Part shown: one piece after another, positions 10,832-22,483 of the stretch | How the letters are laid out: each line of letters opens with the position of its first letter | Position numbering within the stretch: the first letter of the stretch is position 1 | Source: an uncultured delta proteobacterium | Lineage (GTDB): Bacteria; Desulfobacterota; Binatia; UBA9968 | Length of the DNA: 64,000 bases | Reading direction: 5' to 3' | NCBI GenBank assembly: GCA_963804165.1 | Contig: CAWDPO010000041.1 | Location: forward strand, 1 to 64,000 | The notes under the pieces: model-generated | Databases searched by the model: none | What the model was told of the DNA's origin: nothing | Seen by the model: only the letters and a program-made list of their open reading frames with translations | Position numbers and translations under genes: made by a program

Positions 10832-12112
10832 TCAAGTTTTGAAATATCCTGAATTTGTCTTTACCCCGAACGTCTGGGAATGGCAAAGCGTTTGATTTCC
10901 ACCGGTTTCCAGAACGTTATTATTGACCCTCCGGCTTTTGTAAAACACAGCCATGTAGCCCACGTCGACCTTAATTCGGTTCCAGCTGTAGCCCAGTCCG
11001 GCGGTGAGACTGAGATAATCCGCTCCGGGGATCACCGGGCCAAGAGTGCTGGCGGGAATTGGGGTTTCCTCCAGAGCGAAGCCAGCGCGAGCTTCAAGGT
11101 TTTGAGCAAACTTATAGGAAGTCCCGAATCTCAAAGTGCTTGCATCTTTCCAGTCTTGCGGAAGGAAGAACCCTGTGATGGGAAAGCCTCCGAGAAGTCC
11201 CGGCAATGGAACGGGAAAGTTGGCTTTCAAATGTTCAAACTGGCTCCATCGCACGTAGTCGTATTGAAACTCCAGCCCCCAATCATCGTTCACCTGCCAG
11301 TGGACGCCAAAGTTGATCGTCGGTGGAAGTGGAATGTTGATCCCGTTCGCCTTCGTGCGGGTCACGACACCTCCCGCGCCGCTTGCATCCGCAAACACTA
11401 CGTCGGCGGAATCGAAGTTGAGATTGACCTTGCTCTTGTACGAAAGTCCAAAGCGAAGTTGGTCGTTGGGTTTGACCAATAGTCCAAGATTGTAGGCGTA
11501 TCCGTTCGCAGTATCGGTGATTCGAATCTTCCCGTCGCCAAACGGTCCGAAGAAGAGGGCTCTCGATAGCATCGCCGAAGAATGAACGAAGCTCACTCCG
11601 CCGCCGACGGAGAGATAAGGCAAGGGTTCCCACGATACTGATGGCGTGACAAACATCGTCCGAAGCTCGGACCTGATTGCCGCGTAACGCGTGAAGCTGT
11701 CTGGTTGATAACTCGTTGCTAATCCAAACGGCGCGTAACTGCCGATCCCGAGGGTGATCTTTGTGCCTGGGATGTGATAGTTGCCGAAGAAGTTTGGCAA
11801 AAAATCATCGTCGTGAAGATTTTTTGACGTTGCCCCGGAGTTCCTTACACTGCTAATTGTGTTTACGTACGTTAGCCCGGCCATAACTTGGTTGCCGTCG
11901 ACGAAGCTAAGAGCGGCCGGGTTGATGTAAACCGCAGAAGGATCGTCTACGCCCGCGGTGGCTGCTCCACCCATTGACTCCGCTTTCGCCGTTTGCGGAG
12001 GTATGGCGTAGCCTCCCGCGTGGCCAAGCGTTGTGAAGCTACAGATGAAGCAAAACAGGAATGAGGCAACTAAAATCCTGTTGCGCTGACGAACCATAGG
12101 GCCACCTCTCAT
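10832..12112 (-). CDS. FadL/OmpP1-family outer-membrane hydrophobic-compound channel
   Basis: Signal peptide, MGGAATAGVDDPSAVYINPAAL, APFGLATSY, QDWKD. Confidence 0.9.
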   Translation of the reverse strand: MRGGPMVRQRNRILVASFLFCFICSFTTLGHAGGYAIPPQTAKAESMGGAATAGVDDPSAVYINPAALSFVDGNQVMAGLTYVNTISSVRNSGATSKNLHDDDFLPNFFGNYHIPGTKITLGIGSYAPFGLATSYQPDSFTRYAAIRSELRTMFVTPSVSWEPLPYLSVGGGVSFVHSSAMLSRALFFGPFGDGKIRITDTANGYAYNLGLLVKPNDQLRFGLSYKSKVNLNFDSADVVFADASGAGGVVTRTKANGINIPLPPTINFGVHWQVNDDWGLEFQYDYVRWSQFEHLKANFPVPLPGLLGGFPITGFFLPQDWKDASTLRFGTSYKFAQNLEARAGFALEETPIPASTLGPVIPGADYLSLTAGLGYSWNRIKVDVGYMAVFYKSRRVNNNVLETGGNQTLCHSQTFGVKTNSGYFKT

Positions 12113-12197
12113 TTCATTTCATTATACTTGACTGGGAGATGCAAAGTTTATATACACTTGCAAGTTAACGCTAAATACTGCCATATATAGTCAAAAT

Positions 12198-12386
12198 ATG
12201 CAACAAAATTTGCTGACAACGGATCAAGTAGCCCGCTACCTAAAGGTAGATAAATTCACTGTGTATCGACTTGTTGCACAAAAAAAAATCCCGGCGTTTA
12301 AAGTCGGTAATCAGTGGCGGTTCAATAAGAAGATGATTGATGAGTGGTTGATGAAGAACTGCAATTTGCCGGCTGGGCAGACGTAG
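12198..12386 (+). CDS. Excisionase-type helix-turn-helix protein
   Basis: LLTTDQVARYLKVDKFTVYRLVAQKKIPAFKVGNQWRF. Confidence 0.85.
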   Translation: MQQNLLTTDQVARYLKVDKFTVYRLVAQKKIPAFKVGNQWRFNKKMIDEWLMKNCNLPAGQT

Positions 12387-12440
12387 CGGTTTTTGCCAAT
12401 GAAGAACATCTTACGAGAGTGAACTCAAAAATATCTGATA

Positions 12441-13928
12441 ATGAATGAGTGTAGCGAAATGGAAGCACCCGTTCTCAGCACTGAAGCGATCACCCGGATG
12501 ATTGGATGCAAGCCGACGGTGCCCCTTACTCCACAAGAGATGGCATGCTCGCTCAGAGTCGCATTTTATCCGGCTGTTAATACCAACGAAACGTTGGAAA
12601 AGTTTCTAGACACACTTAGGCTTATACTTATACGAGCCGGGGTTAACGTCATTGGCTACGATGAAGCGCTTAATGAAGGCCAAAACGGTTGTATAGGAAA
12701 GGGAATCGTTCTAATCGCTCCAGGAGAGGGCGAGCCGGGAAATCTTGCAATTGATCACGTAGCCAGCCTCACTGAGAACACTGTCGTTGGCGTTTATTGC
12801 GGTGCGATGCCTGGAATGGGACAGAATAGATTCCAAAAACGAGTCGACTCCTTAGTAAGCGCGCTAGTCTGGCACATGGTGCAAGTCATAATTTACGTGG
12901 ACGATGAATCGTGGACAATCTGTACTATGAATGGCGGAATTGATACCTATGCTCTAGAGAAACTGGAGGCCAGAGTCCTTGATTCCTTGGTTCCGAAGCT
13001 CGCGGCTCCAGTGGTACCGCCACAAGCGACTGACTTCGCCATTCGCAAAGACGCGTTCGATCCATCCATACCCGATTATCAGACAAGCGTTCGTGACTTG
13101 GTTGCCGGGTCAGTCATCTGGGGGGAGTCGGGCCTTCTGGCTTCTCAAACGAGGCTTGACGAACTTACTTATCGCAATCTTAAATATAAGCGAATCGCAG
13201 CCGCATATCTTAGCTCTCGAACGGGAATGAGTTACGGGTTTCTTTCCCGCCAGCTTCCACTGACTGTAACGCCCGCTGTCGAGCTAGATTATGCTCACCA
13301 GATGTTGCGACGAATAGACTGGGAGCAAAAAGACTTCATTGAGATTGACGATCAAATGCTCGTAGCTGCAAAATTAGGGCACAAACGATTCGTTTTGAGA
13401 ATCCCGGAAGTAACAGTTCTGTGCACCCGCTCGGGTTGTGATAAAGCGAGACTCAATCTGTCGAAAGACCTTGTGACTCTTACGCTCTCAAAAGGTCGTA
13501 TTATTTTGGGTTTGGCCAAAGGACTTCCGGACGGAAGTGACTGCCAACCATCATTTGACACGTTGATTATTCTTGCGCATGCGGTCGGCAACGCTATTCT
13601 TGCCAGTATCCTGGCTACGATCAAACCAGGTTCGAAGTTTTATTTGGCGCTAACGCACCACGGTCTTGCGATTACTCATTGGCATGGATTCGTAGAGGCT
13701 ACGACGTTGCCGGAGGGTTACTATATGCACGGTAATAGCAATCCTCCAGTATCGTGTTCTACACCCCAAGCTGCGATATTTGGATTGATGGGGAAGCTTG
13801 CGGCTTTGCAACAGAGTATTGCAGACGGAAAGGAATATATGGGCGATGCGCATATTGAGCCAAGCCATGGAACCAATATGTGCGGTGGATCGATAACGGA
13901 CCTGGTTAGATTGGCTACTGGAATATAG
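12441..13928 (+). CDS. Hypothetical protein, possible C-terminal class II aldolase-like domain
   Basis: 495 aa ORF; spacing of TRSGCDK..L..DLV, PSFDT, THWHG and PSHGT resembles class II aldolase motifs (judged by eye). Confidence 0.55.
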   Translation: MNECSEMEAPVLSTEAITRMIGCKPTVPLTPQEMACSLRVAFYPAVNTNETLEKFLDTLRLILIRAGVNVIGYDEALNEGQNGCIGKGIVLIAPGEGEPGNLAIDHVASLTENTVVGVYCGAMPGMGQNRFQKRVDSLVSALVWHMVQVIIYVDDESWTICTMNGGIDTYALEKLEARVLDSLVPKLAAPVVPPQATDFAIRKDAFDPSIPDYQTSVRDLVAGSVIWGESGLLASQTRLDELTYRNLKYKRIAAAYLSSRTGMSYGFLSRQLPLTVTPAVELDYAHQMLRRIDWEQKDFIEIDDQMLVAAKLGHKRFVLRIPEVTVLCTRSGCDKARLNLSKDLVTLTLSKGRIILGLAKGLPDGSDCQPSFDTLIILAHAVGNAILASILATIKPGSKFYLALTHHGLAITHWHGFVEATTLPEGYYMHGNSNPPVSCSTPQAAIFGLMGKLAALQQSIADGKEYMGDAHIEPSHGTNMCGGSITDLVRLATGI

Positions 13929-14095
13929 TCGAATTACGGTTCGGCTAGTTTCTTAAATCAAAGCCAATCGGTTGGGTTGAAATGCGTTGATCTACTAAGA
14001 GGCCCGACGAGCACGTGTGTAAAAGCTTGGAATAGTCAGGGCACTCCGCCGACCTGCAATTTCATCTCGGCAAGCCAACTTCGAGACTAAGTACT

Positions 14096-16264
14096 GTGTA
14101 CTGGTACACAATCAACTACGCTGCGGGCAGCCTCGTTGCATTCCTCGTCGGACTTTTTGTTCTTTGTCGTGGCGAATCGCGGCGTCTGACGAGACGGTCT
14201 TGGTTTGCCCTTTGTGTCGTCGTCAGTCTATGGCATGTCGGCAAGTTTTTAATCGTTACTGCCACGTCAGAGTCGTTTGCCTCCTGGGCGGCCTATCTCA
14301 TCTATATTGCAGCGATTCTCATTCCTCCATCCTACCTCCATTTTATCTTAGGTCTGTTGGGTGAAGAGAGGAGTCACCGAACGGTTCTAAGGGCGAGTTA
14401 TTTACTCGCGGGAGTCGAATACCTCCTTCTGTTCAATGGCGGGTTGATAGCCGGTGTAGCGCATTTAGGTCACATCGGTTTTTATGAAGTTCCCAGCCAG
14501 GCGTATTGGCTGTACGTAATCAACTATACCGTCGTCCCGAGTTTTGCGATTGTTCGACTGGCGGTTGTTTTCGTCCGATCAGAAAGTGCCGTAAAAAAGA
14601 ATCAGCTGAAATACGTCATCTATTCAAGCTTGATAGGATTTATTGCGGGTATCACGTCTTTCCTGCCTATCATTGGGAGTTCAATTCCTCCATTTGGAGC
14701 TCCCGTCGTTTACTTCTATACCGTGCCGATCACGTACGCGGTCGCGCGATACCGCTTGTTGGATATCGATGTTGTCATTAAGAAAAGCGTTATTTACGCA
14801 GTGCTTTTGTTGGGGTTGCTGTTGCCGTGCTACGGGATCGTGATCTTCGGCCAAAAACTGGCGTTTGGCGTCGTCAGCTACGAGTTTTCAATCAGCACCT
14901 TGGTTCTGTTAATTATTGTTGCCTTCTTCTTTCCGAAGTTGCGCTTTCGAACTGAGGAAGCTCTGGAGCGTGTTTTCTTCAAGAAACGCATCGATTACCG
15001 GGACACGCTCCTGCAATCGAGTCGCGACATGGTTTCTATCGTAAGTATTCGGGCGCTGGCCGATAATCTCGTGCGCACGATCGGAAAATCTCTCAGCATC
15101 GAAAAGGTTTCTCTATTACTTAACAACGATGCCAAGGCCAGCTATGGTATCGAGGCCACGGTTGGGCTCGATTTTGATCGTCCTGAAGAGGTTTTTTTAT
15201 CAAGGGGAAGCCCGCTAATTCAACTGTTGCAACGACGCAAAGAGCCAATCGTCAAAGAAGAACTTGAATGGATTCCTGTTGGTCCAGAAACGTCGCAAAC
15301 GATTGAAACAATGGCGAAGCTCGGGGCAGAAATATGTCTGCCGATCCTATCTAAAGACACTCTCATCGGCATTTTGAATCTAGGTCATAAGGAAGATAGA
15401 ACGATCTACTCCAACGAAGACCTGGAGATGCTTTCCACGTTGACAAACCAGGCCTCAATCGCAATCGAGAACGCGCGACTTTACGAGAATCTAAAACAGT
15501 CTCAAGACACACTTCGCCGAGCGGACCGGCTCTCGTCGCTAGGTTTGCTCACAGCTGGCTTGGCCCATGAAATAAGAAATCCTTTGGTCGCGATCCGGAC
15601 CTTCACCCAGCTTCTGCCGGAACGTTATGATGATGCTGAGTTCCGCGAAGGATTTCAGGGACTCGCGCTGAAGGAAGTTGATCGGATTTGTGGGCTAATA
15701 AACGACCTTTTGAGCTTCGCACGCCCATCTAAGCCCAATGTGGCCCCTGAGAGTGTCAATGACGTGGTCGACAATATCGCGCGTATTCTCGAAACGCAGG
15801 CGAAGGAGAAAAACGTGGTCATCGTGCGCGATTTCGGTGATAATCTGCCCAAGGCGTGGATTGACAGAGAGCAGATGAAGCAGGTATTTATGAACCTAAT
15901 TTTAAACGCGATCCAGGCCATGCAGGAGGGTGGATCAATAAGTATTGCGACTCGTGCCATCTCACGAAACGGGACCGAACCCGCTGGTGAGTTCGTGCAA
16001 GTCGAGGTTCGAGACACTGGCATCGGCATTCCAGAAGAAAACGTGCAGCATATTTTTGATCCCTTTTTTACCAGCAAGGATGAGGGGAGCGGACTGGGGT
16101 TGGCGGTGTCGCATCAAATCGTGCAAGAGCACGGCGGTTTCGTCATCGTCGAAAGTACGGTCGGGAAGGGAACCGCGTTCTTCGTCCACGTACCGGTCGG
16201 CAAGCCGTTGCGCCCGGCAGCCAATGGCCGCGCTCAGGTGAATGAAGCGAATCTTAGTCATTGA
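14096..16264 (+). CDS. 7TM-GAF sensor histidine kinase
   Basis: Multi-TM N-terminus, GAF (LSTLTNQASIAIENARLY), H-box LAHEIRNPL, N/G boxes. Confidence 0.92.
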   Translation: MYWYTINYAAGSLVAFLVGLFVLCRGESRRLTRRSWFALCVVVSLWHVGKFLIVTATSESFASWAAYLIYIAAILIPPSYLHFILGLLGEERSHRTVLRASYLLAGVEYLLLFNGGLIAGVAHLGHIGFYEVPSQAYWLYVINYTVVPSFAIVRLAVVFVRSESAVKKNQLKYVIYSSLIGFIAGITSFLPIIGSSIPPFGAPVVYFYTVPITYAVARYRLLDIDVVIKKSVIYAVLLLGLLLPCYGIVIFGQKLAFGVVSYEFSISTLVLLIIVAFFFPKLRFRTEEALERVFFKKRIDYRDTLLQSSRDMVSIVSIRALADNLVRTIGKSLSIEKVSLLLNNDAKASYGIEATVGLDFDRPEEVFLSRGSPLIQLLQRRKEPIVKEELEWIPVGPETSQTIETMAKLGAEICLPILSKDTLIGILNLGHKEDRTIYSNEDLEMLSTLTNQASIAIENARLYENLKQSQDTLRRADRLSSLGLLTAGLAHEIRNPLVAIRTFTQLLPERYDDAEFREGFQGLALKEVDRICGLINDLLSFARPSKPNVAPESVNDVVDNIARILETQAKEKNVVIVRDFGDNLPKAWIDREQMKQVFMNLILNAIQAMQEGGSISIATRAISRNGTEPAGEFVQVEVRDTGIGIPEENVQHIFDPFFTSKDEGSGLGLAVSHQIVQEHGGFVIVESTVGKGTAFFVHVPVGKPLRPAANGRAQVNEANLSH

Positions 16265-18108
16265 TGAATCGGAAGTCGTCCGCGAGACATTGGCTCTCAT
16301 TCTCGGGCGTGAATTTGTGGTATCGAAGCGAACGCTTGGCGGCCAAGGGCTTTCTTTCCCTGATCCGCACGACACGGTCGATTTACTCATCCTCGGTATC
16401 TCTCCGCAGTATGGACTAGAAACTGCGAGCCTGACGCGGTTTGCGGCTCAGTTGCCTTTCGCAGTTCTCTTTTTGGTCGATTCGAAGTCTACGGCGCGCA
16501 CGATTCAACCTGAATCCCAGTTTGACTGTCTAACCAAGCCTTTCAATCCATACGAGCTCCATGACAAAGTCGGACGGCTACTGGCGCGGCGGCCGGCGTT
16601 TCCAAAGGCGCGAGTTATCGCGAGTGAGACGAGGGACATATCGCGCTATTTGGAATTTCCCTATTTGAGCCGTAGCGCGGCGACGTTAGTAAAACGCTTT
16701 GCCCTAGCTCGACTGCCACTGTTGGTCACCGGAGAAATCGGCTGCGGGCAGGACCGAATCGCGTTGGCCATGCAACGACTTCAGAGAACGTCGGATTTTC
16801 TGGTGCCCATCAATGCCGCTGAAGTCAGCGTGGAATATCTGTCGCAGAAAAATTATCACCTGTCGTTCCAGGGCGCGGTGACGGCGGCGCCTACGACATT
16901 GGTCATTGAGAATCTGGACAAGAGTTCACCCTCGGCCCAAGCATTGCTCCTGAGCTTTTTGGAGCAGGCCGAGGAAAAGTCGGACCAAATCCGCTATCTG
17001 GCAACGGCTCAGAGCGATTTATTGGAGAAGGTCTACCGGGGCGAGTTTCTCGAAGCGCTTTATTATAAACTCGCGACGCTCACGTTGAAGCTGCTACCAT
17101 TGCGAGAACGGAGGGACGATATTCCGATTGTAGCCGCTTGGTTCGCCCGCAATTACGCCGAAACGATGGGGTTAAGCGAACCAACTCTTGCCTTGGAGGC
17201 GAGCAGCCGCCTGAGCAATTACCTGTGGTTTGGCAACCTTAGTGAACTAGAAACCGTGATCGCCCGCACGCTGGCATTGCACCGAAAATCGAGGATTGAA
17301 GCGGCTGATCTTGTTTTTGACTTTGGTGAGGATGCCATCCATATCCCCGAGCTCGGTGATTTTAGCGAGTTCGTGCCCGAGGAATCGCGCGCGGATGTCA
17401 AATCGGGGCAGCCGCAACTTCAGCCCTATGGCGGGCAGACGGCCGCGAACGGCGCGGCTAACGGCCAGGTCAAATCAATAGAATTGAACAGGGTCATCCA
17501 TGAGCTTGCCCACGAGCTCAAAAATCCGATGGTCACGATCAAAACCTTCGCGCAGCTGCTCGGTGACCGATATCAGGACGAGAACTTTCGTACCCGTTTC
17601 CGGGAAGTCGTCGGCGGTGACATCGAGCGGATGGACGATCTGTTAGAAGTGCTGCTTGAGTTCGCTGACTTTGCCCAGCCGCGCCGGAGCGATGTTGTCT
17701 TGAGCGAAAAGCTCCGCAGCGTATTGAGCGAAATCGATGGCCAATGCGCCAAGCGGCAGACGCGATTCGAGTGGAAGAACAACGCAGCCGCGCACAACGT
17801 GCGTGCGGATGAATCGCAACTGGTGTATATCCTGAAGCACGTGTTGCTTGCGGTTTTGTCGCAGGCGAGAATGGGCAGCGAAATCGAGATCGACGCGTCG
17901 CGCCAGGGGGCGTTGGCGATCAGCTACCTGCGCGAAGGAGCGCGAGTCACGTCGATCACCCATTATTTGGACGCAAGCTCGCAACCGAACGAAAGCATCC
18001 TTCCTCTGCGCGTCTTGCTCGCCAAGCATCTGTTGGAAAGAAACGGCGGGCAATTCGGCATGGATCAATCCGACGGGGATACCGAAATAGTGAGAATGGA
18101 GTTTCCGA

Positions 18109-18125
<17 letters not shown>
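16242..18125 (+). CDS. Hybrid REC / degenerate sigma54 AAA+ / HisKA / degenerate HATPase protein
   Basis: RILVIDE and LTKPF; GEIGCGQ Walker-A variant; no GAFTGA; LAHELKNPM. Confidence 0.75.
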
Positions 18126-19542
<1,417 letters not shown>

Positions 19543-19632
19543 ACGCACAAATTTGTTTCCACAACTCTCTTCGCTAGCCCTCATTTCGTAGAAATACCTT
19601 TCCAAATCAGCTGTTTGCCACTAATTCTGGGG

Positions 19633-19647
19633 TGGCATATTACTTGC
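19633..19647 (+). promoter_or_regulatory. sigma54 -24/-12 promoter
   Basis: TGGCATATTACTTGC = GG-N10-GC consensus, directly downstream of an NtrC-type activator gene. Confidence 0.75.
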
Positions 19648-19661
19648 TCGATATTTTAGCC

Positions 19662-20783
19662 ATGGACAGCAGCAAACCCAGTATCCTAGTAGTTGACGAC
19701 GAGATGGGTCCACGAGAATCATTGAAGATGATTCTCAACCCCTACTACAATGTACATACTGCGGACCGTGGCGCCCAGGCGGTTGAAATGCTCAAACAGG
19801 TGGCGGTTGATCTCGTTACCGTAGATCTCAAGATGCCCGGCTTCAGCGGCATCAACGTACTGGAGAAAGTCAAACAGCATGATCCCGACATCGAAGCGAT
19901 CATTATCACCGGATACGGGTCGCTGGATACCGCGATCGAAGGGCTTCGGCTCGGTGCCTTCGATTACATTTCAAAACCCTTCGACGTCAATCACATCCTC
20001 TCGCTGGTCCGGCGGGGTTTGGAGCGGCGCACCGCAAAGGCGCGGCTCCGACAAGTCAAATCGGATTTTTTGTCCAACATCTCGCACGAATTGAGAACGC
20101 CGCTTAGCGTCGTCGTCGGATTCGTTTATCTGTTGCTCAACCAGGTGATCGGCAAGCTTTCCGATGAACAGCAAAAGGTTCTCGAAACGGTGTACCGCAA
20201 CTCCGAGGAACTGCTTGAGCTGATCGACAACGTGCTATGGATGACTTCGCTCAACGCGGGAGACGCTAATGCGACCTTGGAAAAATTCGACGCCCGCGAG
20301 GTGGTCAACGAGACGCTCAAACGCCACGAGAAGATGATTCTTGCGAAAGGCCTACAGGTCAACGTTCATGGAACGGATCGTGAGCTCGCGTTAGTCAGCG
20401 ACCGTGCAAAGATCGAACGGGTTTTTCAGAATGTCTTCAACAACGCCGTCAAATTTACTTCCCAAGGCGAGATCAATGTCAAGGTGCAAGCAACGGCCGA
20501 CAAGAGCGGCGTCGAATTCGAAATCATCGACACGGGAGTCGGTATCGAAGAAAGTAAGATTGATTCGATCTTTGAGCCTTTCCACCAGGCCGATACGTCG
20601 GTGCAACGGGCTTATTCAGGCCTCGGTCTCGGTTTGACAGTCGCTCGGCGCATGGCTGAGCTCGTCGGAGGTAAATTGTCCGTGAGCAGCAAGGCCGGGT
20701 CAGGCACCCGCGTCGCGATGACCTTTCCGTCGCAAGCCAATGGCGCTGCGCCTTTGGCGCCGGATCAGCGCAAGTATGGCTGA
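19662..20783 (+). CDS. REC-HisKA-HATPase hybrid kinase
   Basis: ILVVDDE, DLKMPG, ISHELRTPL, DTGVGI, GLGLGL. Confidence 0.92.
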   Translation: MDSSKPSILVVDDEMGPRESLKMILNPYYNVHTADRGAQAVEMLKQVAVDLVTVDLKMPGFSGINVLEKVKQHDPDIEAIIITGYGSLDTAIEGLRLGAFDYISKPFDVNHILSLVRRGLERRTAKARLRQVKSDFLSNISHELRTPLSVVVGFVYLLLNQVIGKLSDEQQKVLETVYRNSEELLELIDNVLWMTSLNAGDANATLEKFDAREVVNETLKRHEKMILAKGLQVNVHGTDRELALVSDRAKIERVFQNVFNNAVKFTSQGEINVKVQATADKSGVEFEIIDTGVGIEESKIDSIFEPFHQADTSVQRAYSGLGLGLTVARRMAELVGGKLSVSSKAGSGTRVAMTFPSQANGAAPLAPDQRKYG

Positions 20784-21623
20784 CGGCCGGTACCTACGGT
20801 GCTGCAACTGCGGCGCAATTCATCACGTTCCTCCTCGTTGATCGATCTCCCATTTTCAAGTTTACAGGTGGCGAAGTAGAGGAATTCTCGCCAAATGATT
20901 GGTAAGATTTCATGTCGTGTCATGCCGGCCATAGGCTCGAACCGCTGTCGTCCACGGGAATCGACTGCTTCCCTGAAGGTTCTGCGTACGATCCGATGAG
21001 CGTCGGTTACATCGAGGTAAACCAACGGCGAGGAACCGCTGCTATTACGTCGAAGTCCAAGCGGGCATTGACCAACCGCTTAGCTACGAGATTATAGACT
21101 GGCAGATTGTTCGAAGTTGTATTGTTCTCGAAGTTCAGGATAGCGCCATCCGTAAAGAGATGAAGTTGCACTTCCCATGGGCTCCCGCCGCCCCAGTAAA
21201 TGATGATCAGATCTCGCGCTCTATTTCTTTGTTCCGCGAATCGGTGCGCGACATCGCCCCGCGCAGTTTGCGCGACCGAGGATTCCTACACGGACGACAA
21301 CGTGAGCTATTGCCCGCTCTCTTCAGATGTCGTTGATGACTTGATGGGACGATGTAGCCGCCATTTTCCTTTAACCGAATTGACCGCCCTACGTCGATTT
21401 ATCGACAGCCATCGCAAAGGTACGACGTGATGTCACTGGTAAAGCGCAACGTCGTCATCATCGCGCAACTTGCTCAGTAAAACTCTGCACGCCCAATTCT
21501 AAGGTTGCTTGTCTTATTTGACGATCTTGACGGCATCGCAGCCGCGAACGGGCCCGCAATCCTACACTAGACTAGATTGAAGCTAATCGCGCTTAGCCCA
21601 GCCCGATACTGCAAAGTCGGACA

Positions 21624-21926
21624 TCAGCGCACGTAAACCTTGCCGTTCATTAGCAAACGCGCAGTGCGCGCTAGTGCTGCTTTAGTGCGCTCCAATTGGC
21701 CGTTTTGCCCTTCGATCTCGACTTGTAGCGTGCCCAGTGGGATGTCCGATTCGAACAGTCGGCGGGTTGCCCGGTTGTGTATGGCTGTAGATTTCATGAA
21801 CGATTGTGCCTTCAGTGCCCGGAACCGTCGGCGCGTCATGGTCAGCGGATCGGCGCCACCGAGCCCATCGATCTGCCGGATATCCGGAGTGCCGAAGGCT
21901 TCGAGAACGACCGCGTCTAGGCGCAT
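21624..21926 (-). pseudogene. PrpF-family isomerase remnant with internal deletion
   Basis: N-terminal motif GTPDIRQIDGLGGADPLT joined to C-terminal motif RTARLLMNGKVYV in only 100 aa. Confidence 0.65.
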
Positions 21927-21934
21927 TTCGCCTA

Positions 21935-22483
21935 TTATTGGATTACGACTTCGTCGGTTTTGTCGATTTCTTTAAGTCTCACCTGGACGTTGCCCGAAGT
22001 GGCTAGATTGATCTTCTTGCCTACGTAGTTCGCCGCGATGGGCAATTCTCGCCCGCCGCGGTCTATCATGACCGCTAGATGGATCATGCGCGGCCGGCCG
22101 AGGTCAATCAGATGATCCACTGCCGCACGCACCGTCCGTCCGGTATTGAGCACGTCGTCAAACAGCACGACGATTTTGTTGGCAATGTCGAAGGGGATGC
22201 GCGTGTGATCGATCGTACCCCCGGGTAACAATGCGTTTAAGTCGTCTCGATAGAGAGTGATATCCATCTCGCCGACGGGAATTTCTTTGCCATGGCGCAT
22301 TTTGATGAAATCGGCGAGCCGTTTCGCGACGTAAGGTCCCCGTGTACGGATGCCGATGAAGACGAGTTGGTCGAGGTTGCCGTAGGCATTCGTCATTTCT
22401 CTGGCAAAACGCTCGAGGATGACTTTGATCTGGGCGGCGTTGAGCAGTCGTTTGCTCGCAGTTTTATAGGTTCTCATTGGCAA
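21935..22483 (-). CDS. pyrR: PyrR pyrimidine attenuation regulator / uracil phosphoribosyltransferase
   Basis: GIRTRG, DITLYRDDL, DDVLNTGRTVRAA, DRGGRELPI. Confidence 0.9.
   Translation of the reverse strand: MPMRTYKTASKRLLNAAQIKVILERFAREMTNAYGNLDQLVFIGIRTRGPYVAKRLADFIKMRHGKEIPVGEMDITLYRDDLNALLPGGTIDHTRIPFDIANKIVVLFDDVLNTGRTVRAAVDHLIDLGRPRMIHLAVMIDRGGRELPIAANYVGKKINLATSGNVQVRLKEIDKTDEVVIQ

Noticed and set aside
20800-21620. Short ORFs or an ncRNA in the gap after the hybrid kinase
   Set aside because: No recognisable motif, RBS-supported ORF or convincing structure seen by eye.
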